From: a virus
DNA: 64,000 nt
Virus record (IMG/VR): IMGVR_UViG_3300027963_005443
Reading direction: 5' to 3' (one strand)
Shown: positions 19,595-28,933 of the stretch, one piece after another
Numbering within the stretch: position 1 is the first letter of the stretch
Layout of the letters: the number at the start of each line of letters is the position of its first letter
Program-made: the position numbers and the translations under genes
Notes under the pieces: generated by a model
The model's input: only the letters and a program-made list of their open reading frames with translations
Told to the model about the DNA's origin: nothing
Database searches by the model: none

Positions 19595-20983
19595 TTAAAT
19601 AGGATCGATATCTTTAAACTCTAAAATCATACTTCTTCCTCCTCGAGATTCACTTAAAAATCTGGAGAATAAAAGATCTTCTTTGATTGGATCCACGTCT
19701 GTTATGCCCAAGCAATAGCAGAGAAGAGAACCACAAGCGCTTCCACGGCCGGGACCAACGGCTTCACTTCCATCTCCCCAACCAAGTAATTGAGGGCATA
19801 TTCTTCTGGCTTCGTCTGTCATCATCTTCTGAATGAGGAAATAGCTACTGAAACCTTTTCTTTTGATTAGAGAAATTTCTTCTTTTAATCTGTCTAAATA
19901 GACTTTTGTTTTAGGGAGGTTTCTATCATTGAAACCTCTTATGGTTAGTTCTTTTAATTTTTCATCACCATCTTCTATTACAGGAAGTTTAAGGCTTCTA
20001 TCAAATGTAACCCCTTTTGCCTTCTCGCATATTCTGACTGTATTTTTTTTAGCTTCTTGGAATAATTCATAAGGAATAATTTCACTATAGTCCTTTAGCC
20101 ATTTCTCATTAAGCTCTTCTTCACTTTTCATCCATAGATTTTCATCTTGAAGCTCGAAGAAGTCTGCCATACTATCTTTTTGTTTTGCTTCTTCTATCTC
20201 TTTTAATGTTCTATTAGTTTGGATCATCAACATCAAGCGTTGATAGTGACTATCTTCTTTATTACAATAATGAACATCGCAAGATACTATCAAAGGAATC
20301 TTATATTTTTCATGACATTTTACAATAAAAGCATCATATGCAAACTGCTTTTTAAAATCTAAAAGCATGAGCTCCAAATAGAAATGATCTTTACCAAACA
20401 TTTCTAGATGCTTTTCAAGCATTTGAAAGCCGGCTTCTTCTCCGCCTTTATCAAAAGCTCTTCCTATTTCACTGTTGTAACAGCAGCTTGTAAATATTAA
20501 GCCTTCTTTGTGCTTCTTGAGCTGTTCATAATTAACCCGAGGCTTTCTGTAGAAGCCCTTGGTCCAGCCCCAGCTGGTTAATCTAACAAGATTCTTGTAG
20601 CCCTCTAGGTTGTAAGCTATTGCCAATAGGTGAGGACTAGCTTTTAAAGTATCGATTTCATCTGGGGATAAATCTTTAGTAAAATTTTGCATATCACCTA
20701 AGCCAGAACTCTCTGGTTGTAGTGAATTAATATACAATTCACTGGCGAAGATAGGACTTAACTTATTTTTATCTTTGTATTTATCACATATTTTATCACA
20801 TATTTTGATTTGTCTTGGGACTGCCCCCAACATACCGTGGTCAGATACCGTTAGAAACTTTTGATTGATTTCAATGGCACGATTTCCAGCCTCTTCTACG
20901 GTTTGAAAACCATCAAGGAGACTATAATCGGTGTGAAGGTGTAAATGTTCAAATCCAACAATTTCGACTATTTTATCGCTCAT
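19595..20983 (-). CDS. dnaE: DNA polymerase III alpha, N-terminal PHP + palm-start part of a split DnaE
   Basis: HLHLHTDYSLLDG, SDHG, RKPRV, SCDVHY, GPGRGSACGSLLCYCLGITDVDP, LLFSRFL, then a stop. Confidence 0.92.
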   Translation of the reverse strand: MSDKIVEIVGFEHLHLHTDYSLLDGFQTVEEAGNRAIEINQKFLTVSDHGMLGAVPRQIKICDKICDKYKDKNKLSPIFASELYINSLQPESSGLGDMQNFTKDLSPDEIDTLKASPHLLAIAYNLEGYKNLVRLTSWGWTKGFYRKPRVNYEQLKKHKEGLIFTSCCYNSEIGRAFDKGGEEAGFQMLEKHLEMFGKDHFYLELMLLDFKKQFAYDAFIVKCHEKYKIPLIVSCDVHYCNKEDSHYQRLMLMIQTNRTLKEIEEAKQKDSMADFFELQDENLWMKSEEELNEKWLKDYSEIIPYELFQEAKKNTVRICEKAKGVTFDRSLKLPVIEDGDEKLKELTIRGFNDRNLPKTKVYLDRLKEEISLIKRKGFSSYFLIQKMMTDEARRICPQLLGWGDGSEAVGPGRGSACGSLLCYCLGITDVDPIKEDLLFSRFLSESRGGRSMILEFKDIDPI

Positions 20984-21023
20984 TTTGAACCAAAAGATGA
21001 GTTATTTTTAAAATTAATTAATT

Positions 21024-21052
21024 ATTTTAGCCCAATTTTCACAAAAAGTCAA
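21024..21052 (-). promoter_or_regulatory. sigma70-type promoter upstream of dnaE-N
   Basis: TTGACT-17nt-TAAAAT on the minus strand. Confidence 0.65.
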
Positions 21053-21092
21053 CAACGGGGATATTATTTTATTTTTTATAATATATAAAAGT

Positions 21093-22346
21093 ATGGATTC
21101 AATAACGATTATTTTACAGCCAAAAGACTTGCACGCAATAGATGAGAGACAGACGGGCTTTGTTGTTCAGGCAATAACAGAATCGGGGGCAGCAATCTCA
21201 TATCAATGGCAAAAATCCACAGAACCAGATGTTTGGAAAAATGTGGGAGTAGATTCAAATATAATAAGCTTTGTTACTTCATTGGCAATGAATAGACACA
21301 AATATAGAGTAATATTGACCTCTGGTTCATATTCTACTGGATTAAAAGTTCTGGCGAGTGATGAGGTGACTGTTTTTGTGTCACCAAAACCAACAATCAC
21401 TCCAACACCAACAATGACTCCGACGCCCACAGCTACGCCTACAAAACCAAGAATAAACATACCAGGAGTGAAGAATTTAGTTTTCGATAAAAATAAAAAT
21501 AGATTATACGCTTCGACTGGATTTAGTATCAAAGTTGTAAACACAATAAATAATCAAATAGTTTCTAATTATAATATAACATCACCAGCAAACATATGGA
21601 AAATGGTGGGAGATGCTAACAGCTTATATGTTTCCGATACTACAAATAATCAAATTATACAATTATCAAAATCTAATGGGGATATCGAAAAAATAACAAA
21701 TATAAATGTTTATCCAATGGATATTCAAATAAACGATGGATCAATTTATGTATTGGCGACTAGCCGTAAAGAAAATTCATTGAAAAAAATAAGAAATGGA
21801 GAAGTGGTCAACTCAATAATATTGAGTGAATACTCAATAGACCGATTCGTTAAATTATTAATCAACAAGAATAATAATAAAGCATATGTATTAGATGCCA
21901 GCAGTGAATCTATATTGGTCATTGACTTACGATATATGACTCTAGAGAGTACTGTTTATCTTCCCAAGGGGGGAAAATCAGAGTCGATGGAAATAGACTT
22001 ATCTTCTAACTTAATATACATTCCAACTAAAGATTTGGGTTTTAATGAATTTTTACTATTAAATACAAATACCAATTCAATATTAGATTATAGAATAACA
22101 ATTCCATATAATCAAAACTCGGAACAAATAAATGTAATAAACTTTAGCATAAATTCTTTAAAAAATAAGATTTATCTAGCAGATTCGTACAAGTCGTCTG
22201 CTTTATTTACAATGAACACAAAAAATCAAACATTTGCATCAATTGAAAACTTATCCGGTGGGTGCAGCTCTTTTGTGGAAGATGCTGTTTCAAATAAAAT
22301 ATACATAGCAAACGGAAACTCTGGCGTGGATGTTGTGCAACTATAA
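21093..22346 (+). CDS. Ig-like + Thr/Pro linker + YncE-like beta-propeller surface protein
   Basis: ISYQWQKS (Ig-like), PTITPTPTMTPTP linker, repeated beta-blade segments (NRLYAS, NKAYVLD, NKIYIAN). Confidence 0.7.
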   Translation: MDSITIILQPKDLHAIDERQTGFVVQAITESGAAISYQWQKSTEPDVWKNVGVDSNIISFVTSLAMNRHKYRVILTSGSYSTGLKVLASDEVTVFVSPKPTITPTPTMTPTPTATPTKPRINIPGVKNLVFDKNKNRLYASTGFSIKVVNTINNQIVSNYNITSPANIWKMVGDANSLYVSDTTNNQIIQLSKSNGDIEKITNINVYPMDIQINDGSIYVLATSRKENSLKKIRNGEVVNSIILSEYSIDRFVKLLINKNNNKAYVLDASSESILVIDLRYMTLESTVYLPKGGKSESMEIDLSSNLIYIPTKDLGFNEFLLLNTNTNSILDYRITIPYNQNSEQINVINFSINSLKNKIYLADSYKSSALFTMNTKNQTFASIENLSGGCSSFVEDAVSNKIYIANGNSGVDVVQL

Positions 22347-22416
22347 CCTTTATATTGAAAATTGTGTTGGCAGATGACATCTATAATTAACTAAAACATT
22401 TTAACTATATATTTTT

Positions 22417-25311
22417 ATGCCAAAAGAAGAACTAGAAAAATACGCAAAAGACCCAACAATCATAGTAATAAATGATGCCATAAGCATTGGATTGAGATAT
22501 GGTGCACCATACACATTGGCTTGGGATCAGAGAAACCTGGCTTACATAAAATCCATAGAGTCTGGGTCTGGGTATGTGCCTCAGAGCTCCTCCCAGTATG
22601 ACAAATTTAATAAAAATAATGCTTCAGATCAGTGCTATAACCATAATCATTATGTGTGGGAAAATGATTCGTGGAACGCAGTATCCGCATGTGATGCGGG
22701 ATGGATAGGAACCCTGGTTTTGGAATATATAGCTCCAACCTCAACACCAACACTTACAAAAACACCAACATTAACATCTACTAATACGCCAACTCCCACC
22801 CTGACTGCTACACCCACAAAAACAAAAACGTTAACACCAACAAAAACATCAACTCCAACTGCAACATCAATTGCAGGCAATAGTGCAAATTATAAAAAAA
22901 ATGCTTATTGGGGAGAAATAGGAAATGAAGGAGGACCAACTTCTGTTGGTACCAACGGAGGACCAAGTGCATATGGCGCCTATGATATGAATGGAAATGT
23001 ATGGGAATTAACAGATGGAAGTAATAGCAAAAAAATTCTACGTGGAGGATCTTTTTCTTCTAATGATTTATTGAAAGGAAACAGATTTGAATTTAATTTC
23101 AAAGATAGAACTATAGGTTTTAGATTATCTTCAATAAATAATCCTTTAAATTATAGTAAATTTGTTAGCATAGGCAATCCTGGAAACCTACCAGATAGTA
23201 GGCATTCCTTCGGAAGTGTGGGATATAATTACTTAATACAAAAATACCCTGTGACAAACACTGAGTATTGTGAGTTTCTCAATATTGTAGCAAAATCGGA
23301 TCCATATAATTTATACAACTATTCAATGTCCGAAGATCCAGCAGGAGGAATACAAATATCTGGTGTATCAGGGAGATACACATATTCAGTAAAACCAAAA
23401 ATGGGCAACAAGCCAGTTAATTTTGTTGGCTGGTTGAGTGCCGCCAGGATGGCTAATTGGCTTCATAATAGAGCATCACATCCATCGACAACAGAGACTG
23501 AGTCTGGGGCATATAATTTAAACGGATCAGAAATATTTTTCGAAATAGATAAAAATCCGAATTCTATGTATTATATTCCGTCTGAGGATGAGTGGTATAA
23601 AGCAGCATTTTACAAATCTAGTGTTGCTGGTTATTGGGAATATTCCACTCAAAGCAACATCGTTCCAAATCCAATTTGTGCAAATAGTAATGGGGACGGC
23701 TCTAATGTGTGCATCACCAGAACACCTACGCCAACAAAAAGTGTAACTCCAACTAACACAAGAACACCCACTTTAACAAAGACATACACTCGAACACCCA
23801 CACAAACTCCCACACTAACAAAAACATCAACTTTAACAAAAACACCAACTTTAACAAAAACTCCTACATTAACCAGTACTCAAACGGCCACGAATTCAAA
23901 TACTCCAACACTAACTAGAACTCCAACACTAACTAGAACTCCAACACTAACTAGAACGATAACCAAAACTTTAACTAATACTCCGACAAAAACAAAGACT
24001 CCAACAATAACCAGAACATCAACAAGTACACCAACTCCTACATTAACAAGAACTCCTACATTAACAAGAACTCCTACACTAACAAGAACTCCTACACTAA
24101 CAAGTACACCTACACTAACAAGTACACCTACACTAACAAGAACTCCTACACTAACAAGTACACCTACACTAACAAGTACACCTACACTAACAAGTACACC
24201 TACACTAACAAGTACACCTACACTAACAAGTACACCTACACTAACAAGTACACCTACACTAACAAGTACACCTACACTAACATTAACAAGTACTCCTACA
24301 CTAACAAGTACACCTACACTAACAAGTACACCTACACTAACATTAACAAGTACTCCTACACTAACAAGTACACCTACACTAACAAGTACACCTACACTAA
24401 CAAGTACACCTACACTAACATTAACAAGTACTCCTACACTAACAAGTACACCTACACTAACATTAACAAGTACTCCTACACTAACAAGTACACCTACACT
24501 AACATTAACAAATACACCGACAAATACCAAAACACCAACCCCTACACAAACACCAACACTATCAAACCCATACGCACCGGGTTATAATGTTTTTGTGGAT
24601 GATTTTAATAGAATTCCGGTTAGTCCTGGAGGAGTGCCATCTATTGTCTATACATCTACGATAACAAATACCGGTAGTATCTCCATTGTTAGTTCATATT
24701 TAAGATTAAGAGCGGATAATACAAATACATCCGGAAGACTTTACATGATGTCTACATATACTTTAATGAATAGTCCTAATTTTTATTCTCAATTAAATTT
24801 AAATCCAACAGTTGTTAATTGGTCTATAAATGTGAGAAATAACTGGTCCGACATTTTAAGTGGGTTTGATACAGGACTTTTTGGCCAAGCCGTTATTTTA
24901 GCGTCAAGTGGAACTAATGTGTTAACTAATGGTTATGGTTATGCGTTAGTTTATGGAGGGTCGGGAACTAGACAATGGCGTTTAGTTAGTTTTACAGGTG
25001 GTCTACAAGCAAACACTAATATAACAACGATTTTATCAACACCAGATTCACCAGGGTTTGGGGATGGCGATTATTTAAGTTTAAAGGTTTCTTATGATTC
25101 GCTAACAAATAATTGGCGATTATATTTTAGGAATGACGGTACCGCTTGGGTTGACCCTAGACTAACAACAGGATATAGTACTCCTGGTGTGGCTACAAAT
25201 GGAACATATACAAATATAACATTAGATTCGTTCGGGTATTTTTATAATTTTGGGTCAACACTAAATTCTAATGCCTCAATATTTGATAAACTTAACATTT
25301 ATTATAATTAA
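22417..25311 (+). CDS. Fibre-like protein: SUMF1/FGE-sulfatase module, long Thr/Pro stalk, C-terminal beta-rich domain
   Basis: GTNGGPSAYGAYDMNGNVWE, RGGSF, GFR, KYPVTN, EDEWYKAAFY; about 290 residues of TPTLT repeats. Confidence 0.85.
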   Translation: MPKEELEKYAKDPTIIVINDAISIGLRYGAPYTLAWDQRNLAYIKSIESGSGYVPQSSSQYDKFNKNNASDQCYNHNHYVWENDSWNAVSACDAGWIGTLVLEYIAPTSTPTLTKTPTLTSTNTPTPTLTATPTKTKTLTPTKTSTPTATSIAGNSANYKKNAYWGEIGNEGGPTSVGTNGGPSAYGAYDMNGNVWELTDGSNSKKILRGGSFSSNDLLKGNRFEFNFKDRTIGFRLSSINNPLNYSKFVSIGNPGNLPDSRHSFGSVGYNYLIQKYPVTNTEYCEFLNIVAKSDPYNLYNYSMSEDPAGGIQISGVSGRYTYSVKPKMGNKPVNFVGWLSAARMANWLHNRASHPSTTETESGAYNLNGSEIFFEIDKNPNSMYYIPSEDEWYKAAFYKSSVAGYWEYSTQSNIVPNPICANSNGDGSNVCITRTPTPTKSVTPTNTRTPTLTKTYTRTPTQTPTLTKTSTLTKTPTLTKTPTLTSTQTATNSNTPTLTRTPTLTRTPTLTRTITKTLTNTPTKTKTPTITRTSTSTPTPTLTRTPTLTRTPTLTRTPTLTSTPTLTSTPTLTRTPTLTSTPTLTSTPTLTSTPTLTSTPTLTSTPTLTSTPTLTSTPTLTLTSTPTLTSTPTLTSTPTLTLTSTPTLTSTPTLTSTPTLTSTPTLTLTSTPTLTSTPTLTLTSTPTLTSTPTLTLTNTPTNTKTPTPTQTPTLSNPYAPGYNVFVDDFNRIPVSPGGVPSIVYTSTITNTGSISIVSSYLRLRADNTNTSGRLYMMSTYTLMNSPNFYSQLNLNPTVVNWSINVRNNWSDILSGFDTGLFGQAVILASSGTNVLTNGYGYALVYGGSGTRQWRLVSFTGGLQANTNITTILSTPDSPGFGDGDYLSLKVSYDSLTNNWRLYFRNDGTAWVDPRLTTGYSTPGVATNGTYTNITLDSFGYFYNFGSTLNSNASIFDKLNIYYN
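23716..24560 (+). repeat. Coding tandem repeat, 18-bp unit ACACCTACACTAACAAGT (TPTLTS) with 24-bp variants (TPTLTLTS)
   Basis: Near-perfect copies from about 24045 to 24510; more degenerate on the flanks. Confidence 0.9.
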
Positions 25312-25402
25312 TTTTGGGTATTTTAAATTTAATTAAAAAATTGCTGACGGAGTTCAGGGGCAGTATATCAACTGAGATTTTAGATGCCATATCACAGGAG
25401 CA

Positions 25403-26542
25403 TTAGCTTAAATCCTCCGCTGTTGGTACAACAAATGCTTGCACAGAAACATTTCCAAATTCATATATTTTAACTTTATCATAAACGTCACATAAAATTT
25501 GATCATCATAAACAGAAACTCCATCAACTAACCAACTTCTGGTGGAGGCTGAATTGACCGGCTTATTATTTGCTTCATCAGTAAATGTCCATTGATCTGG
25601 GTTTAGATACATTGTGGCCATATAAGTCATAGCTTTTCTTATACTACCACATTCTTGATCATCAACATAATTCCATATGTCTATTCCTAAGCTAGAGCAA
25701 ACCTTGGCCAAATTACAGAGAAGTGTGAGATTAAAGTTACAATAGTGCATCTTTAAAGTTCTTTCCATCTCTAATGGTTGTTGTCCATCGGAAGCTATTT
25801 GTTTACTCAAAACTTCCTTGACATTAGCTTCTAGATAGTTTCTTGCTTCTTCTTCTTTTCCTGCGGCAGATAGATATGAAGCAAGTTGTAGCATATAGGA
25901 TGTTTTTATGTTGTGGTGATAACCAGACTGAAGAATGCCTCTGGGGCTATTTTGAAACCAATTTGCGAGTTCTCCGAACCATAATTTCATTCCATCTTCA
26001 TCATTATCTGTCCAGTTGGGGGTGGTCCTGAGAACTTCTATCATGTCTACCACATACGGTAGAGAAACCACATCTATTGTTGCCCCTCTTATCTTTAAAT
26101 GATTTTCATTATTTCCCATAACTATGCCACTGTACGTTAGGTCTGGGTTCATCCTTGAATTTTCTATTAAGAAAAAATGCCTGATATACTCCACCGCTTT
26201 TAAACCATACTCTTCTGATTTTGAGACACGATAAATCAAAGTAGAAACAATAACAGATTTTATAAATTTATAAAAAAATGATCTATCAGAAGTTTCAAAT
26301 GAATTTTTATTTATTATTCCATCTTTTCTTATATACGGAAAACCAGTTCGTGTATTTGGATTTGGATGCCAATAATTAGCTAAACTTGTATAATTATTAG
26401 CCCCAGTTGTCTTTTTTATAGATGCCGTATTCTGGGTTATGCTTGGGGGAAGTTCAGGAAGTTCAATACCATAATTCTGGACAAATAATTCTATTTCTTG
26501 GTTAGAGAGCTTGTTTAATCTAGCCTCATTTAGCATCAACAT
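25403..26542 (-). CDS. Alginate lyase-family polysaccharide lyase
   Basis: YTSLANYWHPNP...GFPYIRKDG, RMNPDLTYS, HHNIKT, QPLEMERT, HYCNFNL match the Alginate_lyase (PL5-like) fold. Confidence 0.85.
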   Translation of the reverse strand: MLMLNEARLNKLSNQEIELFVQNYGIELPELPPSITQNTASIKKTTGANNYTSLANYWHPNPNTRTGFPYIRKDGIINKNSFETSDRSFFYKFIKSVIVSTLIYRVSKSEEYGLKAVEYIRHFFLIENSRMNPDLTYSGIVMGNNENHLKIRGATIDVVSLPYVVDMIEVLRTTPNWTDNDEDGMKLWFGELANWFQNSPRGILQSGYHHNIKTSYMLQLASYLSAAGKEEEARNYLEANVKEVLSKQIASDGQQPLEMERTLKMHYCNFNLTLLCNLAKVCSSLGIDIWNYVDDQECGSIRKAMTYMATMYLNPDQWTFTDEANNKPVNSASTRSWLVDGVSVYDDQILCDVYDKVKIYEFGNVSVQAFVVPTAEDLS

Positions 26543-26581
26543 ATATCATCCCAAGATAGTGGAACACTGCCCTTCCTGGGC

Positions 26582-27316
26582 TCATTTAGGATTAGCATAA
26601 AATTTGTGCTCCTCTAACGACACATTGTGTTTGAAATTTTTTATTAATTCACATGTAGTGAACTTTTTATTCGGACAATAAATATTTCTGGTGAGATTGC
26701 CATGCATCTTGCATGTATTTTCAAAATTCATTTTTTTCCAACTTAATTCAGAATTCATATTTTTTATTGTATCTTCCTTTGAGTTCAAAAGTGCCGGTTT
26801 ATTACAAACAACATTTTCGAAATTATATCCAAGTAATTCACATCTTAGTCTGATGTCTGTATCGTGTTTACCAGCAGGAAAAAATGATTCGTCATAACCG
26901 CCCACTTTCTCAAACACACTTCTTGAGAATCCTAGTCTGCCGTATAGACCTTGATTCGTAACATTACAGTATATTCCTATATCACCCTTTTTCATAATAA
27001 CTTCAGTAGTGTCTGCGATAAAGTTGTCCACATCTAAATTAAAAATATAGTCTCCAGAAGACAATCTAGCAGAAAAATTCTTGGCCACCGGTATCGAATA
27101 TTGATCATAATTTAAAGTCAAATAATAGTGAATCCTTGAAATATTTTCCGACTCTATAAATTTCTGCATGAACTCTCGAACACCATCATCAGAATTACAA
27201 TCTACAATGATCCATTCTGTATTCTCATGTTTTTTAATTTGTTCTAAATTATGGTTAAAAGTTTCAGCAAATTGGTGAAATCTATTTTTTATTTGAGAGC
27301 AATAAGATATTATCAT
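26582..27316 (-). CDS. Glycosyltransferase (GT-A fold, GT2/GT7-C-like)
   Basis: WIIVDCNSDDG, FNLDVD, VGGYDESF...HDTD. Confidence 0.8.
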   Translation of the reverse strand: MIISYCSQIKNRFHQFAETFNHNLEQIKKHENTEWIIVDCNSDDGVREFMQKFIESENISRIHYYLTLNYDQYSIPVAKNFSARLSSGDYIFNLDVDNFIADTTEVIMKKGDIGIYCNVTNQGLYGRLGFSRSVFEKVGGYDESFFPAGKHDTDIRLRCELLGYNFENVVCNKPALLNSKEDTIKNMNSELSWKKMNFENTCKMHGNLTRNIYCPNKKFTTCELIKNFKHNVSLEEHKFYANPK

Positions 27317-27326
27317 TTGTAGTATA

Positions 27327-27857
27327 TTATAGATTAAAAAATTGCCATCTATTTTTATTATCTATATTTTCATCATTATTAATGTGTAATATATAATCTT
27401 TTAATTCATTCCAATTAGAAAAAAACCATTGATGAGGCAATGTTCCAAAAAGCCAGTCTGGTGTGTTTTGTTTACCTTGTTCGATGTGAATAAGTATTGG
27501 TTTTTTTGAACGGTTGCATAAAAAAAGCTCTTCCCAGGTTCCGCAGGCATAATGCTCAAGATTAAGATTTACTATTAAAAAATCTGATATATCTACCATT
27601 CTTAGGTCTATATTTCTGATGGTTCTCATTAATGATGACAGCTCATCATATCTCTGATTATTTTTTAGTGTGGTTTTTATTTTGTGTGAGTCATTATCCT
27701 CAAGACCAACTGATGCCGGTTTACTAATAGGATTAAAAACAACAACTCCCAACTCCTCTAAAAAAGGAGTAATATCATCTCTCCAAGTCGTGCCTCTATC
27801 AGGAACTCTATCCATTGCCCCAACAAGATAAACTCTTTGATTCTTTAATCTTTTCAT
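27327..27857 (-). CDS. Nucleoside 2-deoxyribosyltransferase-like protein
   Basis: RVYLVGAMD, VFNP, DLRMVDISDFLIV, GTWEEL; likely start MKRLKNQ at 27857. Confidence 0.7.
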   Translation of the reverse strand: MKRLKNQRVYLVGAMDRVPDRGTTWRDDITPFLEELGVVVFNPISKPASVGLEDNDSHKIKTTLKNNQRYDELSSLMRTIRNIDLRMVDISDFLIVNLNLEHYACGTWEELFLCNRSKKPILIHIEQGKQNTPDWLFGTLPHQWFFSNWNELKDYILHINNDENIDNKNRWQFFNL

Positions 27858-27959
27858 AAATAAGCCTTTTTTTCCATTATACATTATAAAAATGAAAAAA
27901 CCAAGGAACAATTAATGCTCCTTGGTTTTATTGGTCTTTAAATAAAACTTTCGACAGGG

Positions 27960-28229
27960 TTATTTATCACCCCCCTTCCCTTCGCCTACTTGCGAAGATT
28001 TCCACTGCTCAAATTCCTCGTTGAGCTGTCTTGCTTTATTTTCTAATTCTTTCATTTCATTTTGTAAATTTTCATAAACTTGCTTTAAATGCTCCTTTTT
28101 TTTCTTCTTTTCAGAATGTATTTCGGATATTTTAAGAGCAAATTCTTGAAAATTATCAGTCAAAAGATAATCAAATTGATTATCTTTTTTGTCTGTTTTG
28201 GCAGACTTATTCTCAACTATCATTTTCAA
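27960..28229 (-). CDS. Hypothetical coiled-coil protein
   Basis: 89 aa, GGAG ribosome-binding site. Confidence 0.6.
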   Translation of the reverse strand: MKMIVENKSAKTDKKDNQFDYLLTDNFQEFALKISEIHSEKKKKKEHLKQVYENLQNEMKELENKARQLNEEFEQWKSSQVGEGKGGDK

Positions 28230-28344
28230 TACTCCAGTGTGACATCCAGAAAACTCTGGTTAATGTTTGCATGATTCTCTTCAAATATTAACAAAATAAG
28301 AAGGTTGTCCTACAAACAAGACGCATTGTCTTGCGTTTGTTTTA

Positions 28345-28626
28345 TTAATTTAAAAAGAAATTTTCCAATAATTTATGGAACCATTCTCTTTGTTGATTTG
28401 GTATTGCTACAGAAAGATCTAATTGATTGTCTCCATATTTACCAGTATCAATTATCTTTAAAGAATAAAATAAATTTAATTCATTTTGATCTAAAGAATT
28501 TAAAAGATCTCCTATGGTCTTTTCTTCGGCCCAACTATCTACTATCTTGTCGTCAATAGATCTAAGAGTCTCTATTTCCGAATTATTTTCCTTTTCGGAT
28601 TTATTGAAATAATCTAACCAATTCAT
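28345..28626 (-). CDS. Hypothetical protein
   Basis: Likely start MNWLDY at 28626. Confidence 0.55.
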   Translation of the reverse strand: MNWLDYFNKSEKENNSEIETLRSIDDKIVDSWAEEKTIGDLLNSLDQNELNLFYSLKIIDTGKYGDNQLDLSVAIPNQQREWFHKLLENFFLN

Positions 28627-28627
28627 T

Positions 28628-28933
28628 TTAATATTCTCCGTAGATATCCTTTGAATTGCCGACCCTGGAGTGCTTCTCCGCATTCATGCGCTCTTTTTTT
28701 GCACTATCCATATTAAACCCAGCTCTATATTCAAAGTTGTCCCACTTGCTACTTTCCTTTGGGTTAGTAAAACTGACGCCATAAGAGGAAAGAAGTTTTT
28801 CTTTTTTCTTAGACCCACAGTGTTCACATTCGACACCAGAGTATTTTCCTTCTGGGTCGTGTGAAATCAGAGCTTCATATGTTTTCTTACATTTTTTGCA
28901 AACAAACTCATAAATTGGAATAAGGCACCTCAC
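28628..28933 (-). CDS. FmdB-family zinc-ribbon protein
   Basis: PIYEFVCKKC...CEHCGS; the family normally starts MPIYE, which suggests an ATT start at 28921. Confidence 0.8.
   Translation of the reverse strand: MRCLIPIYEFVCKKCKKTYEALISHDPEGKYSGVECEHCGSKKKEKLLSSYGVSFTNPKESSKWDNFEYRAGFNMDSAKKERMNAEKHSRVGNSKDIYGEY

Noticed and set aside
18225-19595. Trans-splicing split intein or group I intron in dnaE
   Set aside because: No intein block A after the N part and no HN|C in the C part. The gap holds two opposite-strand genes and a terminator, and both halves have their own start and stop.
23716-24560. CRISPR array
   Set aside because: Units are contiguous 18/24-bp in-frame coding repeats with no unique spacers and no cas genes.
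28312-28340. Terminator-like hairpin ACAAAC-AAGAC/GTCTT-GTTTGT
   Set aside because: Bulged stem with no clear U-tract on the coding (minus) strand; too weak to call.
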